Positions 50,547 to 64,000 of a stretch of DNA of 64,000 nt are shown in pieces. Within the stretch, counting starts at the first letter, position 1; every line of letters starts with the position of its first letter. Origin of the DNA: Lama glama. Lineage: Eukaryota. Made by a program: the position numbers and the translations under genes. The notes beneath the pieces were generated by a model, which ran no database searches, was not told the origin of the DNA, and was given only the letters and a program-made list of their open reading frames with translations. The stretch is from the NCBI GenBank assembly GCA_028534125.1, contig CM052816.1, forward strand, positions 40,054,001-40,118,000, written 5' to 3'.

Positions 50547-53500
50547 TATAATTGTAAACATATAATGTATAATACACTGTTATATATAATATATCCTAGT
50601 GATGTATTTTATAAGAACTTATTCTATGCAAGTTGCTTTGCTAGATCTTTTGCATGTTAAACACAGTACCAAGAATACATTTACTTTTCTTATATTGATG
50701 ATACATTGTTGATTTATATTCAACTTGTCCTCATTTGGATTTTCAAAAATTGGTTTTTTTCTTGCTTAATACACAGCAGAAGTCTCCCACTTCACGTTGT
50801 TGGCATTTGCTGTGCTATCTTGAATTTATTTCTAGTAATTGCATCTTGTGTTGGGAGACTAAGTACTCTTTTACACTATTACTGTAAATGACTAACTTTT
50901 CAATTATTTCTTCTTATTCAGATTATAAGATAATATCCTAATTACTCTGCATAATGCATGATCAATATATTCATTTCTTGACTTTTGTCAATAACTAAAA
51001 TTATGTTGAACAGTTGGATATCAATTAATACACCCTAAGTGTCCCATGGTTTTGCTGAATCACTGATGTTTTCTTTTGGCATGTAGCCTGTAAACTGTCT
51101 GAGTACTTCATTCACAATATAGTGTTCAAGGTTATAATTCCTAGCTTGTGGATTTCAATGTAGGAAGGAACAACAAACCTTACAGAAATTGTATCAAGTG
51201 ACATCTCTAGCTCACCTCTTATCTGTGTAGCTGTCAGTCTGTTATAAAATATTTCACTGGTCAAGTATATCTTTCTATTAAAAGAAGAGAAGCACACATT
51301 CGTTGTTTTGTTACACCATATGATTTTTGATACGATTCTTACAAGTAAACAGATTGTATTTTCATACATCTTCCAGCATCAACTTTTTTTCCAGTTTAAA
51401 GATTAACACAAAAATACTGTATCTCAGACTTTAGTTACTAAACTCATCTTTCAGATGTAAAAAGCTCTCAATATTAAATGAATGTAAAGATAAAAGAGTA
51501 CATAAAAAATTAGGGTGATCCTCTGCAGGCTAAATTCATGTGAATGGCCTGTCCTTGCAGAAGTTGAATCAGACTAGGCTCCAAATAGAGTCCCCAGTAT
51601 AGTGTAGGCTGAAATACACTGTTGGTAGCAAAGTTCAGGAAATTTGAGCTCATCTCTGTTATTCAAATAGGTTATTTTGGAGTATTGAATCAACTCAAAG
51701 CCACATAAGGAAATGCAGTCTTATAAGAATAACTTTGAAAATAAAGACATTCACTCTAAATGCTTTCTGAAAATGACTTACTTTTTTTAAATTTAGTCTT
51801 ATGCCAAAAACATTTTCACATGGCTTCTATTTTGACTAATGAGCAACACAGCTGTAATATTTCTTTATAAAACATGTGTCCTTTAATGCTTCTGAGTAGC
51901 AAGATGCTGCATAATAGGTATTTCAAACCTCATGATATTTACGTTATGGAATATTTCTCCCTTTACTGGGGACTCTGATATCCACCCTTCCGCATTGAAG
52001 TGTTTCTTGATATCTTAATCTGGTTACCCTTCAGTCAGTATTATTTTCTAGCAGCTCCCATCGTTCATATTTCATTGTGGAATGTGAAAATATAAATGGC
52101 TTATCTGAGAAGTCATTCACAGGTGTATGGCTCAAATAGGACCCTGTGGGAATCAGAGCTGTCATCCTGCCCTTGGCCAGCATGTTTTCCAGTTCTTAGT
52201 TCTCTCTCATTGAGACTAAAAGCTTTCGCAAAGTATCTAGAGTGTGTTTTGAGGCGTGGGGAAGCCTTCATGCCACTCGGTGACATTGACATATCCTGCA
52301 TTTTCTCCTTGGTGTGCATTTTTTTCTCTTCTCCACCTGGATCATTTCTACTTCTTCAGTTTAAAGGTAAGTTCTGATTAGACACAATTCCTCACTCCTG
52401 TCCCTTTCTCTGAAATTGACATGGGTGTCCTTTCTCTGTATTTTCTTTGCAAAGGCCGTATGCTTCAAATAGAATAGTCATCAGAGTGTATGACTTTATT
52501 TTGTTCTTTTTATATTGTAAATTTCATGAGAGAAAAGGTTATTTATTTATGCCTTTATATACCTAAGAAAAAGTATAGACGCCCAGCATGTTTTCCACTT
52601 CTTGGGTCCCTGTATTTGTTATGGTGGGGGCTGGGGCCCAGGTGCAAGGGGGTAGAGAATGGAGTCATGAAAAAGGGCAAAGTTGTGCTGAAAAAAGACT
52701 TTGAAGTTTGTTTTAGGGTTAGTTCTTTAGAGCAATCCAGGAAGCAGGGCAGCATACAGAATGGAGGAAAGAGTTTTTTAATGTAAATCTGGGTACCACT
52801 GGAAGTCATAGTAACCATTCAGCTTCTGTTGAAGCAGAAGGAAACTATGCCAGTAAGGAATCTCAGATAATGAGGATAGAACGTGGGTAACTTGTCTTTC
52901 CAGCCATTTATTAATTAATCAACTGTTATATATCAATAACCAACGTGTGCCCAGTATCCACAAAACTGTGAAAGCAATGCTTGCTAAACTTTACCTGCCT
53001 AAGGTGTTGTTAGAATGAAAATATAAGAATAAGTTCTGATTAAAAAGTATACAGATCATAATAATGAAGTGTGACACTTCAGAACATCTAGGCTGAACAT
53101 CTATAGATTTATCCTGGCCACCTGAGAAAATTGCCTTAATTCCACAATTTAGTTATCTCTTGATTATTGTCTTTCAAAATCTGTATGTGTATGTATGTGT
53201 GTGTATACATATATTTGGATATTTTGAAAGGTACATATGTAAAGATATATACAGAGAGAGAGAAATTGTTCTATTAATTTTTTAAATAGTGCCTATTTAT
53301 TATGCTTTCTAGAAGAAAATGGTTATTTTAAACTCTTTAGTCAAGGAAAGAAATTTATTTTCATCATTTAAAAAAATTGCAAACTGACTATTAGTATTCT
53401 GAATAAAGGTTGGTTGCTTTATTGCCTTTCTACTCTCAAGATCCAATCTTGTAATGAGTGGTAGAAAGTGCATAAGTAACCTTAGAAATTCCCTTGTTTC

Positions 53501-54770
53501 TCTGACCTTTAAGGAAAAAAGAGGAACACTGATCAATATGCAAAATAAGTCTTGAATTAATCGGGGTAAAACTATTGTAATTTAAATCCAAGTGACCTGG
53601 CAATTACCACATTCAGAGATTCTTATACATTAAAATAATTAGTTGTAAATTTAAAATAAAAGGTAAAAATATAAATTTTTAAATAGTGTGACTAGATACT
53701 GAATATGCTGAGGAAGGTTGTTGAATCAAGTATCCTATAAATCTTTTAGAATTTATAGTTTCTTATCTCAGAATAATTTAGATGTGGTTTAGCTTGAAAA
53801 GAATAATAGTTCAGGTTAGTTTTTTCCCTTTGTTTGATCAAAGTCAATCATCTAACTCTAGCTCCTAATATGATTGATCACATGATCACAGCCTCACACT
53901 ACAGCTTACAAATTATAGCTATAGATATTTGAAATGCCAACTCCAGATAACAATAATATATACAAAGAGAATAAGGCAAAAGGCTTAGGGCTTAACCACT
54001 AAAATTGCCACATACGAAACAAGTTATTGATAGTCTGTTGCATGTTTCAAAGGCCCATGCACCAGCATACCATGATTCCTATTGGTAAGAGCTAAAGGAA
54101 AGAGCCATCTCTTTTTCTCTCTTCTCAGCAGCCTTACCCCCAAATCATTTAAAATTTGAGTAATTAAGGATATTGTAGTAAGTGAGAATACTGAACCAGA
54201 ATAAGGACTTTTGACTATAAAATATTTGCTAAATTCCTTTAACAATTCCTTTATGTCTATATACAAACCAAGAGTTGGAAATCACATTGACCAGGGGCAG
54301 GCTGCAAGCTCTTTTTCCTACAGATCCAGTTGGTGCCAAATACCTGGGATTGACTTCTCAGAAATGATATTTGCACTTTCACACCTCATGGATGAAGTAA
54401 GTGAAGAATATTCTGAGAGACAAGAGAAGAATCAAAATCATAGAACACTAGTAAGACCCAGGATTCAGTGGTAGGAAGGGAAACCATGTTGCAGAGATCT
54501 GAGTCTGGTACCTCTGCCAAGCTTGTCCTCATCAACGCTCATCCCCAAAAGCCAGGGCTATTCTTTGTTCCCCACTAATATGCTGAATGGTGCTCTTTTT
54601 TATGTATTCATAAGCGAATGCACTCCCCCTTCAGGAGAGGGCATTTGTAGTTCAATACGGTTTTCTGAAGAATGTATTTGAACATAAGGTATGTTTGTTG
54701 ATATATTGGGGAAATATTGTTCAATAGTTTATTTGGAGAACCAATCAAGTCACATTATATGAGTTGCAAA

Positions 54771-54884
54771 TTCTTTTTTTTTTTCCTGGTTTTTTTTTTT
54801 TATTGAAGTATAGTTGGTTTACAATGAAGTATAGTTGGTTTAATTTCTGGTGTACAACGTAGTGTTTCAGATATATATAGATAT

Positions 54885-54916
<32 letters not shown>

Positions 54917-55310
54917 TCCTTTTCATATTCTTTTTCACTATAGGTTATTACAAGATATTGATTATAATTCCCTGTGCTATACAGTAGAACCTTGTTGTTT
55001 ATCCATTTTACATGTAGTAGTTAGTATCTCCAAATCCCAAACTCCCAATTTATCCCTCTACTCCTTCTTCCCTGCCAACTCCAGGTAACCATTAGTTTGT
55101 TTTCTATGTCTGTGAGTCTGTTTCTGTTTTGTAAATAAGTTTTTTAGATTAGATTCCACATATGAGTGATATATGATATTTGTTTTTCTCTATATGACTT
55201 ACTTAGTATGATAATCTCTGGGTCCATCCATGTTGCTGCAAATAGCATTGTTTTATTTCTTTTTATGATTGAGTAGTATTCTGTTGTATGTATATACTTA
55301 CATACGTACT
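54771..55310 (-). mobile_element. L1 3' end (artiodactyl-type) with poly(T) tail and TSD
   Basis: Poly(T), ttgaagtatagttggtttacaat..., gggtccatccatgttgctgcaaat. Flanked by atgagttgcaaattctt and ataagttgcaattctt. Confidence 0.9.
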
Positions 55311-58300
55311 GCATAAGTTGCAATTCTTATACTTATTTTCTCAGATCAGGGTTCATTGTCACAACCATTTCTTCTAAATGATATTATGCTGGAGCTCTCA
55401 CCTCATAAGCCTAAGTGAAAATAAAATCCTGAAGTATTTTCTCAGTTCTTAAGAAAGGGTAGTTTTTATCCTATCATAAGAACTTTAGCCTTCTAATACA
55501 CACTTGTTACTACTTGTCGATAAATTAGGTTTCTGTCTATATGGTAGGAGTTTTGTATGTGCTATGAAGGATTCCTCATTCCTCAAAAGACCTTACTTCT
55601 ATATAATTTGAACAGATTTTCATCTTAATGAGAAATAGCCACTTAAACTTCAAATATTCAGGAGAGAGAGAAACTTAGGGAAACGGTGAGGTATACATAA
55701 CTGATAGGTAATTCTTACCTAATGGCAAGTAAGTTGTTGGGATTAAAGGAGAGTGATCGTAAAGACGCAGTGAATATGCAGGGGGGATTTGGAGACTAAG
55801 AGGTGGAAAAGATGTGGGCGCAGCAGTGCTGCCGATTTCCCTGCTCGTGGTGCTCTTACCCTGTGCATCGTTACCCAGCTGGGTCGTGAAGCTGGGTCTC
55901 ACAGTCAAGGTCAGTACCAAAACCTGTAGGTGACAAGTCACTGCTCTGTACTGGGTAAATAAATGCCTACTGCTTTCTTGCTTTTACATGAGTTTTCAAC
56001 ACAAGACCTCATTACCTCAGCAGTGGTATTTTTTAGCTATATTTCCTGATTAAATTTTCCTGGAGAGACTATCAATTGAATGCTACTATACTAGGAACTC
56101 AGTTACAGACGCTCAGTTCTGCCCTGCTTTTACTTTTATCCTCCAAACCATCATCCAATGGCCATGTTGGTGGTCAAATGAAATGTGTGGCAGAGATTGA
56201 GCTGGCAGTTGCTGTCTTATCATTAATTTCTTACCAAAAACGAACAGGTTTTGTTTCAGGCAGTGTACATTTTCATTAGCAACACCAAATTGTTTCCATA
56301 ATGACACTGTGGGTCCTATTGTTTGTCCCATTCTCTAATTGCTCATTTAAAGCACACTTTTGATGAAAATATTGCCCTTTGATGTCACTCTAGAGATAGT
56401 AAAATCCATGGAATAATCCATTCTCCTTCTATTAAAAAAATAAACAAAACATAATAAAGTAATTAGGAATTCTTTGTTACTTAGCTTGTGTAAATTCCAT
56501 TAAATGAATTATATGGACTGAGTTTTCTTGGCCTTTGTAACAATGTCAGAGAAATTTGCCAAAATTAATTAAGCTGTAGCACCAAGCACCTGAGTTCAGA
56601 TTGAGCGCTTCCTTGTCTCAGATATCAAATGACATTTGTGCCAGTTTCACACTTGGATGAAACTATATAGCTAAAACATTCATGTTACATCTGGATGTTC
56701 TTATATAATCTAAAATGCCAGGGAATCTATATTATACCAGTAATACTTTTGCTAATGTAGTCTAATATGATCTAACTTCATTATTTTCCTTTGCTCCAGT
56801 GGATCTTACTTAAAGTAAAATTATTTGCAGGTAAAGTTATGATTTTTGTATTTTATTCCATTGATCATCTTACTTTTCTCAAGGGAATTTTGTAAAATTT
56901 CTGCAGAAATTATTTTATGACCATATGTAAAATTTTCGCAATATGACAATCTGAACTTACATTAAAATACCTGTTTTTCAGTAGTGCTTGAGAAAATTGT
57001 AGAGTCATCATAAATATTCAACAGTACGTATTTTAAAATAATAAAAATTAAAGAAACAATGTTGAGGTGGAATGTAGTCATTTTCCCAGAACTTTCATCT
57101 TCATTTTGGCTTCTTGGTAGTCACCATTAAAAAAAAAGAAATTGATACTCTGTAGAATTCAGCGTTGTAGTCAAATCATCCGTCAGCAGTTCTCCGTCAG
57201 TAAAAGTCACTAGGAAGAATCAGTGCTGCTAAGCACCTTTTGTAGTTTATTCAGCTGGCAAATATTTTTTTTCTTTTTTCCCTGGAACAGATGCCTACAA
57301 CAGAATTGCTGCCAGTATCAAAAATAGTAAGCTGATTATTTTATGGGAAATAATTAACACAGAGTATGTTTTATACAGATATTTGAGTAATGTAGAAAAC
57401 AGAGCATTCCTATCAGACTAGATAAAAAATGAAATACAAAATTTTTAATTTAAAAAATTTATGTTGAAGTGGCAAAATACTTTAAATCACGCAATTCCAC
57501 ACTGGGAAAATCTGAATAGATGAGTTACTTCATGCTTGCTCCTTCAGCACTTAGAGAAGCATCCTGTGCAGGAGCTGGGCTAGGTCTGAAGCTGCAGCGA
57601 AGGTCACAGAAGCGCATCCTTCATAATCCACAGGTTCACATAAGGAAGAGACCAGGCAGTTTGGGAATGCTAGCCCCAGGGACTTGGAAAATGTCTGGAA
57701 TGCTTCCACTGGGATATGTGAGTTGAGCAGAGCCACTGAGCAGAGATGCACAAAAGAGTTTCCAAGCAGGATGAAAGGTTAGCTAAGAGTATAGACCAAG
57801 AACTCACAATAGTGCCTGTTGGCAAGTTGTATCTCAGCTAAATACTGCATAATAGTCCTCTTCTGAAAGAACTAGATAGAATGACTTTAATATTTTATGG
57901 CTTGATTTTTTTTAAAGGAATATTCATCAAAATCCCAATTTGCAAGAAGCTTCAGAATCCAAATAGTGATTCTACATGCTAAAATTTATTTTAGAAAGGA
58001 ATGGAAGGTGATAAAAGGAAACAGTTATACAACGACTGAAATGAATAATCTGTTTAGAAATAATTCAAGGTGACAGAACAAAATTATAGTCGAGTCGATT
58101 TATGAATCTCTCCTCTTTCTCCACCGTGATATATGGTGGGCTTGACATTTCTTTTGCTCTGGTTTCCTCATTGTACTTGGTGTGCACAGGAACTAAGTTC
58201 TTGAACATGTGAGTCACTGAATATGACAATGAGAAAGCCTAGGGGGACTGCATACAGATTAGGTGGAAGGTAGGGATTTACTGGAGAACAGAAGAGGAAG

Positions 58301-59194
58301 AAGCAATTACCAAAAGGAAAAAAAAAAAGTGACCATACTAGACAAACTGTTTTCATTGACGTTATTCATTTGGATCTATGTAACAGGAAACCTTTGGAGA
58401 TTGGTTTTCTTATATACTTCAGAAACCTGGGGACAGGCAAGTTACAAGAGCAAGCAGAGGCTGCCTGGGAAGGAGACTCAAAGGCAAACCAAACTATTCA
58501 AATGTGATGCTGCCCTCACTGGCCAGGGGCTGATGGGGGCATGTGGTTTCCTCTCCAGCAGTTCATGTGCTAGGAAATGACTCTGCATTGCCCCAGCGTT
58601 GTGAGTCATGATGCAGTGAACTGCTTGGGGAATTTGGCATCTCCACTCAACGTTCTGGACCTTTTAACACTTAGGTTTGATTGGGGACTTTCTAAAAAAC
58701 AGGCTGATGGTTGATGATATTAGGGAACATTTTCATAGCTTGTTCTTTATTCCATTATGGTAATACACTGAAAACAAGTTCTGTCGTTTCTTTGAAAGTC
58801 TCCCCTCTTTTACCCTAAAGGAAACTCTGGAATTGCCATGTATTTGTGTGTGTTCATTAAGCAACTGTGTCCTCTGCTTTAGATTTCTTTAAAACCCACA
58901 CTATATTCCTCCCTAAAATAAGCGGAAAATATTTGAAAATGTTGAAAAAGGTGTGAGGAAAGTCATAACTGCTTAGAAAAATTTAACCCACTTGAAAAGC
59001 TGAAGCAAATTTGCATCAGAAAATTTTGCTGTGTCTCACTGATAAAGCCATATATAATGTAATATAAAGTTCAGCATCAGGAATAGTTAAAAAAATATGC
59101 GAGGTGTAGTGGAAATATTTAAATGATGTAATTTAAATATGTTAATATATTATGCATAGCTAATTAGTATATATTTAAGAGACTTTATTGATCC

Positions 59195-59320
59195 TTTGAC
59201 ATAATCAAGCTAAACCCCTCATTTTACAGAGCAGGCTACTGAGGCCCAGAGTCTCATCGAAGAGTAGACATTCAGTTAGTGGCAGAGCTAGAACCGCTGA
59301 TCCCAGCAGCTCACTTTCCA
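59195..59320 (-). mobile_element. MIR remnant
   Basis: cccctcattttacagagcaggctactgaggcccagag...cagttagtggcagagctagaac. Confidence 0.65.
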
Positions 59321-61248
59321 CCAGTATCTCTATGGAAGCATGTAGCTTTATGTTAGGATGACAGCAGTTGTGCCATTTTATCATTCCTTTTGGATGTATG
59401 GTTTTTCAATATAATAAAACCTATTAATTTATGTAGCTTTGTACTTTTTGCCAAAATGATATCCAGAAAGTGAATGCATTCCGTTTTTATAAGTTATCAC
59501 AGATCTTGAGCTGTTTCCTGGCCAGAGATAAGAGAAGATTATTTCTCATAGACAAGGAAAGGAAACAGCTAAATAAACACCCTATCTAGCAAAGGATTTA
59601 TACCCCAAACTTCAGACACAAACCTTTAAGTAAGTCTAAAATAGCATTCCAGTTTTTTTTTTCAACTCTAAAAGAGACAGAACAAATCCCATAACTGTGT
59701 TCTGAAGCATTTAGTTAAATTTCAGTTCATTTATCTACTCAGGCTTTCAGCTGACATCTGCAGAGCAAAATCAAGATCTCTTCTAGAAAACTGATTGATG
59801 GTGTGCCATATTATTTGTAAAGCTCAAACCATCTAAATTTGAGATATCTTATTTTAAATGAAATTTGAAACACAATAAGGAACTTTAAAACTATTTGGCC
59901 ACAGAACTAGTGAAATTTGTATCACAACTAAATATCAGTTCTTACACATTCTAAGTTGGTGAAAGGTTGTAGAAATAAAAATAATCTTCTGTGTTTAGAA
60001 CTAGCTTTTGTCACTATTGTTTAAACAATTTTGCTGGCAGGTTTAATGTGGATGACACAGGGTAAGAACCAAAATATCCTTGTTTCACAACTGGCTGAAA
60101 TTACGTAGTGACCATTTTGTTTTCTATTGTACACGTTTATTATTCCATACAAAGCCAATGCTTATGACAATATACCCAAAAAAGTGCCAGAACATATATT
60201 CTAAGTAGCTGCAATGTTGATGGCTTACACTTCAGTCTCTGGACCTAAGAGTCTTTAAGTTTTTAAGTTCAGATTAAACTAATTGCATTCTTATAGATAA
60301 ATCAGCAAACCACTTGTTACACTGTGACATTTATTGTAGTTTTTACTTTAATGAGTTTTATGCTCTAGTGCTCCCTGTAGTGTTCCAGACATAATCAGCT
60401 ACTGATGTTTGGACTGGAAAGAGAAAAGTATAATTTAGATATTATTTCTGACCAAGACAGATTTTTAAAATACTATTTTCAGTGTCTATTCACCACTCAT
60501 CTCTTTGCTAGTAGTATAAGCATTATAATGTTAGTCTTCATTAAAATACCTGATTTCTTTCATTTCTCTTGTAGAAACACCCTACTGCTAGATTTTCTGT
60601 TCCTCTTCCTGATTGTGGAATAGAGGTACTGAACTGATGACTAACAATTTGATTCCGGGCTCCTGACCTGTTGAACAACACATATATTTAAAAATGAAAC
60701 TTTTTGTTTAAGAACCATAAGCTTTCAAATAAAAATTTTAGGTTTCATTGATTCTTTAAAAAAGCAGAAGATCTGGCGGTGCTGGACCTTCATTTTTGCA
60801 AGATGACTATGAGCTAGAGCTGTGCTCTTCTGTCTTCTGTGTCCTGGCGTTGGTCTCCATCTCTTCACTAGCCACCCACCCCTTCCTCTCCTCCATCCTG
60901 ACAGTCAGCCTGATTGATCCATCCTGGTTTTTTGCTTTATCCAGCTCTTCACCATTAGTTTTATTATTCTACTTCCTAGGCGGCGAAGGAGATATAAACA
61001 TATGTGGTAATTGATTCAGACAGTCTTAGAACTGGAGAAAACTTTGCATATCTAATAAAAAGTCTTATTAAAAATACTGACATTATGGCCTATTTGGGTA
61101 GGTTAAGGGACTCTGTAGACAGTAGATTGGTCTCAAATATCCACCTTTTGACACCAAATGCCATGCTCTTTTCATTATTTTAAGAAACTGGTTGTGAAAT
61201 AGTTGCAGAAAATTACTCAGCGTTTCACCAGTGGAGGTTCTTTTCAGG

Positions 61249-61452
61249 CAGTATGTGCTAATAAATGTTTAATAATCAGCTCCCTGGGAAAACACACAAA
61301 CCTGGATTATAGCACTTGGTGATTTCCATAGTATAAACACTCCCACTATGTCCAATTTCAAGCTACTGATGAGACGTCAGCCAGCTTTAAAAATTCAAGA
61401 AAATGTAACAATGGCTCTGGTAAATCATTAAGAGCCAGCTCCAGCCCACCGA
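61249..61452 (-). mobile_element. hAT-Blackjack MITE (MER63-like)
   Basis: cagtatgtgctaataaatgtttaataatcagctc...aaacactcccactatgtccaatttcaagctac...gagccagctccagcccacc resembles the MER63 consensus as I recall it. Confidence 0.65.
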
Positions 61453-63118
61453 GACAGATGTATGATTCAGGGAGATTCCTGTGTGTACTGCAGACAAATT
61501 CAGGCCATTAACACACAAGCTTATTAAGTGAAATCCTTTCTATCACCCTGGCAACTCAGAAATGCTATCTCACTTATCAGAATGTTTTCTTTCTATTGTA
61601 TTTGTTAGCGTGGTTTAGATCAGCTAACACACATGCACTGACAACACTGATGTATATATGAAAGCAAAATCAATAGCTTTTATATAATCCATCTCTTTGG
61701 TTTTATTATTCTAATCAAATATGAACATGCATAATGAATAATTTATATAATAATCCTGAAAGTGGAGTCTCTCAATATTATTGACTAAAGAAAAATTACT
61801 TGAATTCTATACTCTGCTTTTGAACTTGGCCGGGCTAAATGCTTTCAAATGGCCTTCGATTTTATGATGTTTGTCAGAAATGAATATTTAAACTTATTAT
61901 TACTTACCTACATATTGTTCTTTTTTTCTAAAATGTAAGAACAACTAATCTTATTAATGATAGTTGTGATATGACAAAACTTTAATTTCTCTACTATAAA
62001 TGCTTGAAAGCATTTCGACAGAAGTTAAGATTTTCTATTTTATTCTATAAACTTGATACCTTTGACATTGATTCTCATAGATAAGAAATGTATTTATTTC
62101 CATAATGGGAAAATTTTGATTTTTTGACTATGTAAGCTAAAAACCAAGATGATACTAGTAAGAAGGATAATAACCTATATGAGGAAGTAAAATTATATTG
62201 TCATTTCATTTAGTCATAACTAAAAATAGAGGAAGGGAAAATAATTCTCGTAAAAATGTTTTAAAGAAAACAGAAATGAGTTTTGATATTTGATAATACA
62301 TGATTAAAATCCTGTAACAAATTTATGTATTTGTACATCTGTATATATGTGCATGTTAATGTGCATCCAATTCTGTGTTAGGTATTAGATATTCCAGAAC
62401 TCTAATGCAGTATTCTATTGAACTAATTGTTAATACAGATTAAGATTTGTTTCTAAATAGAAAAAAATATGTATGCAAAGGAGCAGTTCAGATTTAAAGG
62501 GAAAATATTTAATCTGTGTTTTACTATAACTCTCAGTTATCTATTTCAGAGAAGTTATAGGTTAAGAAACTGGAATATTGTTTCTTTCTCATTCCATAAT
62601 AAAAGCATGTCAGCAGAAATAATTAGAACCAAATCTTCTGCAGCAATACCTGAAATCATATGTAGCTGATCATTACTCTTTTTTTTTTGAGCAGTTTTAA
62701 TCTTGTAATTGAAGAGGATGATTTTTTTTTCCAAGGAAAAGAGCTGTACTGGCAAAATAGTACAGTGGATGTTTCATGTAAAACCTCTTAATTCATTCCC
62801 ATGGTCGAATGTCGTTCCAGTGTAACCATTGCATCTACAGTATTTCTTCCCTGGTGCAAGAAGAGGCTTGCCTAGTGCCACAGAACCAGTATGTGTTACA
62901 GGCAGCAAATCTGTGCCATTGCTTTCCATTAATTGTCTTATCTGGGTGAGAGAAGCAATAAGAAACATGCAAATAATAGCATTTGATTTGGGAAAAGCAA
63001 AAAAGAAATGACTTGGAGATGAGCATTTAAATCCCAGTAAAATGTCGTGCTGTGCACAGGACGTGTGAACACCATTTATTTTATTTTGTCTGTGACAAGG
63101 CTGGCAAAATGGAAGAGC

Positions 63119-63119
<1 letters not shown>

Positions 63120-63148
<29 letters not shown>
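63120..63148. repeat. (TG)n microsatellite adjoining a MIR remnant (to about 63270)
   Basis: Read directly. Confidence 0.9.
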
Positions 63149-63149
<1 letters not shown>

Positions 63150-63651
63150 GTGCTGGGAGAATCACTTGGCACAGTTATTGAACTCTGTCTTCTGTTATTT
63201 ATAGTTCTTCACCTGTCACATAAAGGAGATCATCTCTTTTGCCCAATGGTGTGAAGAAGGTTAGGACTTTGAGTTTGGGGTGAGTGATATATGAAAGAAA
63301 AAAAAAAGGGAAAGAAAAAAATAGGACATAGAGGAAAGTAAAATTGCCTGTGAGAATTATCCTTGAGACCGAATTTGGTTATAGAAATGGGGACATAAGA
63401 TTAAGGTATAAATGAGCTTATGATTTTGTTTTATCTGTTTTCCCCAAATTTAAAGAAAATATGAAAAAGGTGCAGAAGTCTATATCTAGCTAGCTATCAT
63501 ATAACTGTCCAGTCTTTTTTTCTTTCTTTCCTTGTAAACCAATTCAACACTGACTCCCCGAAGTAGCTCTGACACTTATGATGACTCAGATTTTACAAGT
63601 GAAAGTAGAGCTAATAATCTAAATGGTCTGTTATTTCTCTCAGGTATATTG

Positions 63652-63653
<2 letters not shown>

Positions 63654-63685
<32 letters not shown>
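63654..63685. repeat. (GT)16 microsatellite
   Basis: Read directly. Confidence 0.95.
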
Positions 63686-63688
<3 letters not shown>

Positions 63689-64000
63689 AGCACTAATGAG
63701 AAAATTCCCTAAACTTCCATTAGAGCTCCTGTGAGTAAACTCAGTAGTGGTAATAACTGACATGGGACTGTTTTCACCTGGAAGTTGGAAAACCAGCCTC
63801 CAAAGTATTCCATTTGAATGTCAGCACAGAACCGTAGCGATTTTCTCTGATGGATTTTATTCTTTTCCAAGTATCAATGTTTTTTCTACCAAATCTAAGT
63901 AGAAATAGAATCCAGAGATGACAAAGTGCTTTTCTAGAAATTTGTTTTCTAATTATGCATAGTTCAAGTTGATTGCTTAAATTATTTTTTATTCCTCAAA

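Noticed and set aside
43301..64000. Search for exon 5, a nested gene, processed pseudogene, CRISPR array or foreign insertion
   Set aside because: I saw no YWLTNKV/sialylmotif S coding sequence or other protein-like exon, no repeat-spacer array and no compositional anomaly. It looks like ordinary mammalian intron.

Overview
This is mammalian genomic DNA containing the 5' part of the polysialyltransferase gene ST8SIA4 (PST, CMP-Neu5Ac poly-alpha-2,8-sialyltransferase) on the + strand. The source is probably a camelid, inferred from two tRNA-derived SINEs resembling Vic-1. The window holds a CpG-rich TATA-less promoter (GC box, inverted CCAAT, half-CRE) and coding exons 1-4 (5595-5707, 11961-12092, 20567-20824, 43007-43300; 797 nt, codons 1-266). 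The last coding exon is not in the window. The rest is upstream and intronic sequence with L1, L2, MIR, hAT and LTR remnants and microsatellites; almost all ORFs in the supplied track are spurious. I found no novel multi-gene system. The most interesting observations concern splicing. (i) The only 5'UTR ATG (uORF MKRR*) overlaps a near-consensus splice donor that is in frame with exon 2, predicting an isoform without the transmembrane anchor. (ii) All four introns are phase 2, with an in-frame stop inside each donor. (iii) A UG-repeat-containing, in-frame candidate cryptic exon lies in intron 4. (iv) An inverted SINE pair flanks exon 4. Repeat family names and comparisons with human are from memory, not from database searches.
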